Origin: Fastidiosibacter lacustris
Lineage (GTDB): Bacteria; Pseudomonadota; Gammaproteobacteria; Francisellales; Francisellaceae
Direction: 5' to 3'
DNA length: 32,000 bases
Assembly: GCF_003428155.1 (NCBI RefSeq)
Contig: NZ_QLIR01000001.1
Location: forward strand, 224,558-256,557
Within the stretch, counting starts at the first letter, position 1, and each line of letters begins with the position of its first letter. Of the stretch, positions 20,945 to 27,908 are shown piece by piece. Under the pieces are notes generated by a model. That model was not told the DNA's origin. It saw only the letters and a program-made list of their open reading frames with translations, and did not search any database. The translations under genes and the position numbers were made by a program.

Positions 20945-23218
20945 TTATTTCCATAAATATCTCTTATTCTGTTGTTGAGTAGATAAATACAGATAATCAG
21001 GATAGCCTTGATCTTCTTGTTTATCGTTTTTAGACTTTAACAATCTTAGACTGTTAAAGACAACCAATAAAGATGCCCCCATATCGGCGCCAATTGCCAT
21101 CCAAATATTAGCTAATTCTAGCAAGGCTAATATCATAAACATCACTTTAAGTCCTAGGGAGAAAATGATGTTTTGTTGAATAATGCTTTTAACGCCTTTG
21201 GCATGCTTGATAAGCCACGGTAGCTTTGCTAAATCATCCGACATAAGTGCAATATCGGCGGTTTCAATAGCAACGTCACTTCCTGCTTTACCCATTGCCA
21301 GACTTAAATCAGCACTTGCTAATGCTGGAGCATCATTAATACCATCCCCAACCATGGCTACGGTTTGATATTTTGCTTTTAAAACTTTGATTTTATCGAC
21401 CTTATCTTGTGGTAACAGCTCAGCATATACCTCATCTAGTTGTACTTTTTGGGCAATAAATGCGGCAGCTCCCTTATTATCACCTGTTAAAAGCACGGTT
21501 TTAATTCCTAGTTGGTTAAGTTCAGCTAAAGTTGATTTAGCATTTTCTTTGAGGCTGTCAGCAACCGCAAATAAACCCAAAATATGATTCTTATTGGCAA
21601 AAACCAAAAGTGAATGACCAGATTTTTCAAGTTGTAAAATCTGATCATGAAAGTCATTTAGATCTTCGGTGATTTCTGTTTTTTCGTGTAAATACTGATG
21701 GCTTCCAATCCAGTATTGATGTCCGTTAATATTTCCACAAATAGCTTTGCCTTTTACGATTTGAACATTGTTGGCTGTATATGGTTGATTAAGTTTAAGT
21801 ACATCAAGTTTAGTAAAGATTGCATGTGCTAATGGGTGATTATTCCCTTTTTCTAAAGCTGCGGCTAATTGTAAAAGTTCATTATCTGAATGCTCTTTGG
21901 AAATATTAATAATAGACTGAATAACAGGTTTACCTTTTGTGATGGTCCCTGTTTTATCAAAGGCAATAGCTTTGAGTTTTGCTGGGATTTCTAAAAAACT
22001 TCCTCCTTTTACTAAAATACCGTGACTTGCAGCAGCACTTAAACCAGAGACAATAGTAACTGGAGTTGAGATAACCAAAGCACAAGGGCACGCAATGACG
22101 AGAATCACTAGAGCCTCGTAAATCCAGTTATACCAGCTACCAGAAAAGAACAAAGGTGGAACAAATGCAACTAATACCGCAAAGAGCATCATAATGGGGG
22201 TGTAATATTTGGCAAATCGTTCTACCCACATTTCAGATTTCGCCTTGTTGACTTGAGCCAATTCAACTTGGCGAATGATATTGGCAAGCATTGAATCTGT
22301 AACAAGCTTGGTGACTTTGACATAAAGTACACCATCTTCATTTAAGCTACCTGCAAATACCGAATCTCCTGGTTTTTTTAAAACAAGGAGTGACTCTCCT
22401 GTAACAGGTGCTTGATTAATAAAGCTTTGCCCTTCTTTGATGATCCCATCTAAGGGGATCCGCTCACCTGGTTTAATAACGATTGTGGCACCAATATTGA
22501 CTTCTTCTACTGGTTTAATGTCGATGTCTTTATGATGTGAGCAATAAACATTGGCGATATCAGGGCTAATTTCTAATAATGCTTGAATAGCTTTACGCGC
22601 TTTATCAACACTCCATGACTCAAGTAAAGTTGCAATAGAAAATAAAAATACAATCATTGTAGCTTCCAGCCATTGTCCTAATAAAATTGCACCAATGACT
22701 GCGATAGTCATTAATAGGTTAATGTCAGGACGCATGCGTTTTAAGGAGGTAAGAGCTTTGGGGTAAATATAAACCCCACCAATGATAAGTGCTAAGGCAT
22801 AAAATATTAAAGCGCTAATAGGTTGCCCAAAACGAGAAGAATGGTTGTCTAGAAGCGCGTGTAAAAAACCATGTTCACTGCCATGAATGATATAGCCTAT
22901 TGCTAGAAATATCGCGCATATGAGGGTTAATATTGTCTTTTGCTGTTTTTGCCAAAACCCTTGGTGGTTATTTTTGTGACTTTGTTGATATTGCAGCCAG
23001 CACGAAAAACGATAACCAGTAGCTTTGAGTTTTTTTTCTATGTCGCTTTTAGTAAAGCGGTTGTCTTGGTTATAAATGATAAGCTTACCTTTTAATAGGT
23101 TAAATTGTAGCAGGGACTCATCTTGTACGTATGGTAAAAGCTCACGCTTAATAACAGCAATTTCATCTGCACAGTCCATACCATAAATTTTATATTCAAA
23201 CATTTTATTGACCTTCAT
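20945..23218 (-). CDS. Heavy-metal P1B-type ATPase, Zn/Cd/Pb class
   Basis: 757 aa. N-terminal HMA-like domain, TM6 CPC motif (ACPCALVISTP), DKTGT, HP (NHPLAHAI), GDGINDAP and a TM8 GADMG Asp. An ArsR/SmtB regulator lies upstream. Confidence 0.9.
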   Translation of the reverse strand: MKVNKMFEYKIYGMDCADEIAVIKRELLPYVQDESLLQFNLLKGKLIIYNQDNRFTKSDIEKKLKATGYRFSCWLQYQQSHKNNHQGFWQKQQKTILTLICAIFLAIGYIIHGSEHGFLHALLDNHSSRFGQPISALIFYALALIIGGVYIYPKALTSLKRMRPDINLLMTIAVIGAILLGQWLEATMIVFLFSIATLLESWSVDKARKAIQALLEISPDIANVYCSHHKDIDIKPVEEVNIGATIVIKPGERIPLDGIIKEGQSFINQAPVTGESLLVLKKPGDSVFAGSLNEDGVLYVKVTKLVTDSMLANIIRQVELAQVNKAKSEMWVERFAKYYTPIMMLFAVLVAFVPPLFFSGSWYNWIYEALVILVIACPCALVISTPVTIVSGLSAAASHGILVKGGSFLEIPAKLKAIAFDKTGTITKGKPVIQSIINISKEHSDNELLQLAAALEKGNNHPLAHAIFTKLDVLKLNQPYTANNVQIVKGKAICGNINGHQYWIGSHQYLHEKTEITEDLNDFHDQILQLEKSGHSLLVFANKNHILGLFAVADSLKENAKSTLAELNQLGIKTVLLTGDNKGAAAFIAQKVQLDEVYAELLPQDKVDKIKVLKAKYQTVAMVGDGINDAPALASADLSLAMGKAGSDVAIETADIALMSDDLAKLPWLIKHAKGVKSIIQQNIIFSLGLKVMFMILALLELANIWMAIGADMGASLLVVFNSLRLLKSKNDKQEDQGYPDYLYLSTQQQNKRYLWK

Positions 23219-23239
23219 TTTAATTACCTTGCCCCTGCT

Positions 23240-23545
23240 TTAATGATTTTCCTCTGCCCAATGTTGATACATGTCTTTTAAAATACAGTGCACATGATCG
23301 TCATATAACGAGTAGAATATTTGCTTCCCTTGGCGTTCACCTTTGATTAAACGTTGCTCTTTTAATAAGCGTAAATGATGACTTATTAAAGGTTGTGATA
23401 AGTTAAGTATTTCTACAAATGTTTTCACAGCAGTTGGTTCTTGAGCACACATAAATAAAATGCGCATTCTATTGCCATCTCCCATTAGTTGGCAAACAGC
23501 AGAAATTTTAGTTAAAACATTATCTTTTATCGCTGACATGATCAA
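23240..23545 (-). CDS. ArsR/SmtB-family metal-responsive repressor (alpha5-site type)
   Basis: 101 aa. Winged HTH LSQPLISHHLRLLKE. The C-terminal DDHVHCILKDMYQHWAE fits the alpha5 pattern D-x-H-x10-H-x2-E of SmtB/CzrA. Lies 21 bp upstream of the ATPase. Confidence 0.85.
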   Translation of the reverse strand: MIMSAIKDNVLTKISAVCQLMGDGNRMRILFMCAQEPTAVKTFVEILNLSQPLISHHLRLLKEQRLIKGERQGKQIFYSLYDDHVHCILKDMYQHWAEENH

Positions 23546-23556
23546 TCCATTATTTT

Positions 23557-23580
23557 TTATATAAAATTTTTTTTATATAA
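23557..23580. promoter_or_regulatory. Candidate operator: perfect 10-4-10 inverted repeat TTATATAAAA-TTTT-TTTTATATAA upstream of the ArsR/SmtB gene
   Basis: The arms are exact reverse complements and lie 12-35 nt upstream of the regulator start codon. The sequence is pure A/T, so chance or a promoter -10 element cannot be excluded. Confidence 0.3.
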
Positions 23581-23741
23581 TTTAAGTTAAAAACTAGGTG
23601 ATGTAAAGAAGAGTTTAATTAAGATGACATTTGGCAGTATCGAAATTGTATTAGCAGCAATTATTTAATTATCGTTGATATGATAATTATTTTTTTTAGT
23701 GGTAAAGCTTGTTTGTTATTATGTTTAAGTATTCTTAACTA

Positions 23742-24368
23742 CTATGGTGCGTTGTTATCAGGCTTATTGTCAATTGTCACGATGTCAATCCGATTGTGAC
23801 ACAATTTAGTTAGTGTTTGGCATGTGATTTTATATTGATCAACGGCAACTTCAAAAACAGCACTAACCCTATCGCTGAAAAATTCTTTTATGGGGGTGAG
23901 TTTAAGTGTATGTAGTGCTTGTTGTATCATTGCCGTATCGTGATATTGATAGTTAATACTAAAGATTTTTGTAACGATAAGCGGAATGAGTTGTGCATGA
24001 GCAATTACTTCACTTGCCGCTTGACCATAAGCTCGTACCAAGCCCCCAACGCCTAACTTTGTGCCACCAAAAATACGACTAACAATAATAACGACATTAA
24101 ATAAAGCTTTGCCTTGAATATGATTTAAGATTGGTTTGCCAGCAGAACCAGAAGGTTCGCCATCGTCACTAAAACGAGTAAGATTATTATCCAATATCTG
24201 ATAAGCCCAACAGTGATGATTGGCATTTGGATACTGTTGTTGTGCTTGTTGTAAATAAGCCTGCAATTTATGAGTTTTGTCAAGCGGATGCAAAGAAGCG
24301 ATAAATCGCGATTTTTTAATTGGTTCAATCTCGTATTGAAAGGGTTCTGCTATGGTGGAGTAAGCCAA
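23742..24368 (-). CDS. yigZ: IMPACT/YigZ-family protein
   Basis: 208 aa. UPF0029 motifs IKKSRFIA, DDGEPSGSAGKPIL and FGGTKLGVGGLVRAY. Non-ATG start. Confidence 0.85.
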   Translation of the reverse strand: MAYSTIAEPFQYEIEPIKKSRFIASLHPLDKTHKLQAYLQQAQQQYPNANHHCWAYQILDNNLTRFSDDGEPSGSAGKPILNHIQGKALFNVVIIVSRIFGGTKLGVGGLVRAYGQAASEVIAHAQLIPLIVTKIFSINYQYHDTAMIQQALHTLKLTPIKEFFSDRVSAVFEVAVDQYKITCQTLTKLCHNRIDIVTIDNKPDNNAP

Positions 24369-24593
24369 CGTTTTTTCTTTAAGATTTAAGGTAGGTTATT
24401 TTAGGGGTTATCTTAGCTTAATTTAAAAGTATTCCTAAATATTTTATTTTGTTTTTTCATGTTGTTATTTGTAATTAAGTTTACATTTTTTTTGAGATAG
24501 GGTATTTTCTGAATTGGGAAAATTTATAAGTATTTGTGATGAAAAGGTTTATTTGTCACAATTTATTAAAGAAGGATAGGTAGAACGATTATT

Positions 24594-26871
24594 ATGGAAA
24601 ATATTAGAAATTATTATGCTCACTCAGGAAACTTGATGGACAAATCAGATTGGCAGCTATTATCTGATCATTTGCAAACGGTGGCTGATATAGCTTGGCA
24701 TAATGCACGCTATACTGGTTGCGAAGGACTTGCTGCTTTGGCTGGTTTGCTCCATGACTTAGGAAAATATACCAAAGAGTTTCAAGCACGTTTGGAAGGT
24801 TCAAGCAGAAAAGTTGATCATGCAACTGCGGGAGCAAAAATTGCAGCAGAAATTTTGCCAGATAAGTTGTTGAACGGTTTCCCTTTCTTTAAGTTAATTG
24901 CCTATGCAATCGCGGGACACCATGCAGGGCTTGCTAATGGCATAGATGAGGGTGATGGTAGAAGCTGTTTAAAGGATCGCTTAAGTCAAAACTTTGGCAA
25001 AGAATTATGTGTATTGGATGAGTTAGCATGGAAAAGTGCATTGCAACTACCATCAAGAGAATCTCTTACACTAAAGATTAAACTACATCCAGATACTGAC
25101 TTTCATGGCTTTCAATATGCTTTTTTGATTCGCATGATTTTTTCTTGTTTGGTCGATGCTGATTTTATCGATACAGATAGATTTTACAAAAAACTTAAAA
25201 ATAAACCTTGGTTAAGAGGTGAATATCCACACTTAAACGAACTTAAAATTCAACTGGATGATTATTTGGTAAGAAAACAGGAGGGGTGTGAAGATACTTT
25301 TGTTAATCAATTGCGTCATGAAATTCTTTTAAACGCTAGAAAAAAAGCACAATTATCTCCAGGATTATTTAGTCTAACCGTGCCGACAGGTGGTGGTAAA
25401 ACACTGACATCGATGGCGTTTGCTTTAGACCATGCTTTGGCACATAACATGCGCCGAGTGATCTATGTTATTCCTTTTACCAGTATTATCGAACAGAATG
25501 CAAAAGTTTTTAGAGAAGTTTTTGGTGATTTGGGAGAGTCTGCCGTTTTGGAACACCATAGCAATTTTAATGATCGCACAATTACAAATGAAGAAACTCA
25601 AGATAAGCTTAAATTGGCGATGGAAAATTGGGATATGTCTGTGATAGTAACAACTGCGGTTCAATTTTTTGAATCGCTGTTTGCGGATCGTCCTTCACGC
25701 TGCCGAAAATTGCATAATATTACAGAAAGTGTGATTATCTTGGATGAAGCACAAACGCTACCACTAAAATTTTTGCGCCCTGTGATGGCGGTAATTGATG
25801 AGTTAGCTCGAAATTATCATTGTTCAGTTGTTCTTTGTACGGCAACACAACCTGCTTTATGTCAACCAGATTTTGACAAGGGATTTGTTAATGTCAGAGA
25901 AATTGCCCCTAATCCAAGTAAGTTATTTGACGATTTAAGCTTGGTTAGTATAAGCCATTTAGGTGAATTGACAGACGATGAAATTTTAGCTCGTATGATA
26001 GATAATGAGCAAATTTTAACAATCGTCAATAATCGTCGTCATGCTCAATCGTTGTTCCAATCATTGAAAGAGCGTCAAGTAGAAGGTATTTTTCATTTGA
26101 CTACACTCATGTGCGCGATACATCGCACAAAAAAGTTAGAAATCATTCGTAAAAGACTTAAAGAGAAAAAAAACCTGTCGCGTTGTCTCAAGTTCATTAA
26201 TTGAAGCAGGGGTCGATGTTGATTTTCCTTATGTAATGCGTGCTGAGGCAGGTTTAGACTCCATAGCTCAAGCTGCAGGACGCTGTAATCGTGAACGTAA
26301 AAGGGCAAAAGAAGACAGCCACGTTTGGATTTTTAAATCACCAGATTGGCAAGTTCCACCAGAGCTAAAAAGTTTAGCGGCTGGTATGCGATCAACTTTG
26401 CGTCAAAATTTTGACAATCTGCTGGGGCAGGAAGCAATTAAGACTTATTTTTCGGAAGTCTACTGGCGCAAAGGTGCTGAGTTAGATCAAAAACAGCTTT
26501 TAAAAGACTGTAGCAATCATGCAAAAAAACTGAGTTTTCCATTTCAAAATATTGCAAGAGATTTTCTTATGATTGAAAGTTGTATGCAGCCAGTATTTAT
26601 CCAGTTTGATAATGAAGCGGAGCATTTATTGAAAGAGTTGGAGGTAACGGATGATGTAAGCCGCATATTACGTAAACTACAACCTTATATAGTGCAGATT
26701 CCAAAGCAAGGGTTTGATAGTTTGGTAGCTACTAATGCCGTACAAACGGTGGCGCCTTATCGATTTCAAGAACAGTTTTGGGTACTGATCAATCGTGATA
26801 TATATGATGATGAATGTGGTATCAGTTGGGATAATCCAACTTTTATGAAGGCTGAGAGTTCCATCTTTTGA
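24594..26871 (+). pseudogene. cas3: Type I-C Cas3 (HD nuclease + SF2 helicase), split by a +1 frameshift in an A8 run
   Basis: ORF 24594-26204 carries the HD motifs (LHDLGK, DHATAGA), helicase motif I TVPTGGGKT and motif II ILDEAQ. ORF 26236-26871, whose frame is open from 26140, continues with CRVVSSSLIEAGVDVDF and motif VI QAAGRCNRE. Removing one A from 26166-26173 joins the two as ...RLKEKK-TCRVVSS.... Confidence 0.9.
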
Positions 26872-26886
26872 GAACAATCAAAAGAA
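26862..26886 (-). promoter_or_regulatory. Predicted Cascade binding site: TTC PAM plus a 22-nt partial protospacer for the mini-array pseudo-spacer
   Basis: The minus strand reads TTC|TTTTGATTGTTCTCAAAAGATG. The pseudo-spacer is TTTTGTTTGTTATCAAATGATG.... They are identical at positions 1-22 except 6, 12 and 18. The site overlaps the cas3 stop codon (26869-26871). Its PAM edge is 7 bp upstream of the -35 hexamer at 26894. Confidence 0.7.
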
Positions 26887-26893
26887 AAAATAT

Positions 26894-26922
26894 TTGACTT
26901 AACTTATGTTTGAATTTAGAAT
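26894..26922 (+). promoter_or_regulatory. Sigma70-type promoter TTGACT-17 nt-TAGAAT
   Basis: -35 TTGACT (26894-26899), an exactly 17-nt spacer, and -10 TAGAAT (26917-26922). An A-rich UP-like tract (26880-26893) lies upstream. The promoter points toward the small ORF, the mini-array and cas5. Confidence 0.55.
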
Positions 26923-26957
26923 CCTTCTTAAGGAGTTTAAGCAGCTGGAAGTGAAAC

Positions 26958-27107
26958 ATGAAAAATTGTTGGGCGATCCATATTGAAAAAAATGAGAGTG
27001 GGAAGCTGATATTAAAATTTGGTGGACAGCTGCATTTTCCAGTAAAAACTGTAGGATGGAGTTTTGCTGCACTTTTAGTTGTAGTGGTGGGAAAGTTCTT
27101 TTTTTGA
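26958..27107 (+). CDS. Hypothetical 49-aa peptide with a hydrophobic C-terminal segment (candidate small membrane toxin or leader peptide)
   Basis: ATG at 26958 is preceded by GGAAG (26946-26950). Hand translation: MKNCWAIHIEKNESGKLILKFGGQLHFPVKTVGWSFAALLVVVVGKFFF, ending at TGA 27105-27107. It is too short for the supplied ORF track. It lies between the promoter and the mini-array. No homology is claimed. Confidence 0.4.
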   Translation: MKNCWAIHIEKNESGKLILKFGGQLHFPVKTVGWSFAALLVVVVGKFFF

Positions 27108-27133
27108 ATTTTCACCTATTCATTGCGATTGTA

Positions 27134-27221
27134 GTCGCATCTCATGTGAATGCGTGGATTGAAACTTTTGTTTGTTATCAAATGATGAGATCGCACCCCA
27201 TGCGGGTGCGTGGATAAGGAG
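27134..27221 (+). CRISPR. Degenerate two-repeat type I-C mini-array (creA/CreR-like): psiR1, a 24-nt pseudo-spacer, psiR2
   Basis: psiR1 (27134-27165) is GTCGCATCTCATGTGAATGCGTGGATTGAAAC. The pseudo-spacer (27166-27189) is TTTTGTTTGTTATCAAATGATGAG. psiR2 (27190-27221) is ATCGCACCCCATGCGGGTGCGTGGATAAGGAG. Both repeats fit the known I-C pattern GTCGC-hairpin-GCGTGGATTGAAAC and are 21/32 identical to each other. Confidence 0.85.
27155..27210 (+). ncRNA. Predicted mature crRNA-like RNA: 11-nt 5' handle, 24-nt guide, 21-nt 3' hairpin
   Basis: Boundaries come from applying the known Cas5d cleavage position (3' base of the repeat stem) to psiR1 and psiR2. The handle is UGGAUUGAAAC. The 3' hairpin is CGCACCC-CAUGC-GGGUGCG. 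Prediction only, with no expression data. Confidence 0.45.
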
Positions 27222-27227
27222 GCAGAG

Positions 27228-27908
27228 ATGGCTTATGGTATTAAGCTGCATGTGTGGGGAGAGTATGCTTGTTTTACCAGACCCGAAATGAAGGTGGAGC
27301 GCGTATCTTATGATGTAATTACGCCATCTGCGGCCAGAGGGATTTTGGAGGCAATTCACTGGAAACCCGCGATTTGTTGGGTGATTGATCGCATTCATGT
27401 GTTAAAACCTGTGCGTTTTGAAACGATTAGGCGAAACGAGTTAGGGAATTGCAAAATTTCTACCTCTAAAGTCAGTGGTGCAATGAAGCGTAAAAGTACT
27501 CAAGATTTATATTTTTTGATTGATGATGGAGATAATCGTCAACAAAGAGCAACGACACTTTTGCGTGATGTTGGTTATGTGGTTGAAGCACATTTTGAGT
27601 TAACTAATAAAGTAGGTAATGAAGATTCAGTTGGCAAGCATCTTGATATATTTAATCGCAGAGCGCGCAAAGGACAATATTTTCATCAGCCTTGCTTGGG
27701 AAATCGTGAATTCCCTGCTTATTTTTCGTTGATTGAGTCGGATGAGGATTTTCCTCTTTCTGAGTTAAGTCAAGAGACTAAAGATTTAGGTTGGATGTTG
27801 CATGATATTGATTTTGCCAATGCCGCGACCCCAAAATTCTTTCGCGCCAAATTAATAAATGGAGTGATTGATGTTCCGCCTTTTAGAACTTTGGGGGTGG
27901 TGCAATGA
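27228..27908 (+). CDS. cas5: Type I-C Cas5 (Cas5d/Cas5c), Cascade subunit and pre-crRNA endonuclease
   Basis: 226 aa from the ATG at 27228, which has a strong SD AAGGAGG (27216-27222) 5 nt upstream. The N-terminus MAYGIKLHVWGEYACFTRPEMKVERVSYDVITPSAARGILEAI is the canonical Cas5d start. The stop overlaps the cas8c ATG (ATGA). Confidence 0.93.
   Translation: MAYGIKLHVWGEYACFTRPEMKVERVSYDVITPSAARGILEAIHWKPAICWVIDRIHVLKPVRFETIRRNELGNCKISTSKVSGAMKRKSTQDLYFLIDDGDNRQQRATTLLRDVGYVVEAHFELTNKVGNEDSVGKHLDIFNRRARKGQYFHQPCLGNREFPAYFSLIESDEDFPLSELSQETKDLGWMLHDIDFANAATPKFFRAKLINGVIDVPPFRTLGVVQ

Noticed and set aside
23624-23668. 14-codon ORF MTFGSIEIVLAAII in the arsR-yigZ intergenic region
   Set aside because: It is too short, has no clear SD and no supporting context.
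24447-24454. 8-nt match (TTTTGTTT) to the pseudo-spacer seed in the region upstream of cas3
   Set aside because: It is flanked by TTA rather than TTC, the match breaks down after 8 nt, and such a match is expected by chance in T-rich intergenic DNA.
24369-24593. cas3 promoter in the 225-bp AT-rich region upstream of cas3
   Set aside because: There are several weak -35/-10 combinations (e.g. TTGTCA ... TAGGTA), but none is close enough to consensus to call by eye.
26864-26885. 8-6-8 inverted repeat TCTTTTGA-GAACAA-TCAAAAGA over the cas3 stop, considered as a cas3 terminator
   Set aside because: The stem is AU-rich and is followed by an A-run rather than a U-run on the plus strand, so it is not a convincing intrinsic terminator. 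It may be incidental to, or part of, the Cascade target site.
26925-26957. Possible third degenerate repeat ending in GGAAGTGAAAC just before the small ORF
   Set aside because: Only the terminal GAAAC and TGGA resemble the repeat tail, and even that needs a gap. There is no GTCGC start or hairpin, and the spacing to psiR1 (176 nt) does not fit an array.
27071-27105. T7 run after the small ORF, considered as a terminator separating it from the mini-array
   Set aside because: The only preceding stem is 5 bp, all weak pairs (ACTTT/AAAGT), with a 16-nt loop. The T-run is also coding (FFF). This is not supportable as a terminator.
26843-27115. 90-aa minus-strand ORF (MKIQKKNFPTTTT...) in the cas3-cas5 gap
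   Set aside because: It has a GTG start without an SD. It overlaps the cas3 3' end, runs against the strong plus-strand promoter and has a low-complexity Lys/Phe-rich composition. I cannot formally exclude it, and the plus-strand 49-aa ORF is itself only a moderate-confidence call.
27210-27227. The ORF-track start of cas5 at GTG 27210 (MDKEAE extension)
   Set aside because: The extension reads through psiR2 and the SD itself. The ATG at 27228 has AAGGAGG 5 nt upstream and gives the canonical Cas5d N-terminus MAYGIKLHVWGEYACF.
27120-27398. 92-aa minus-strand ORF covering the mini-array and the cas5 5' end
   Set aside because: It is antisense to a well-supported gene and to the repeat-like elements. 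It has no SD and no recognisable motifs, so it is a typical shadow ORF.
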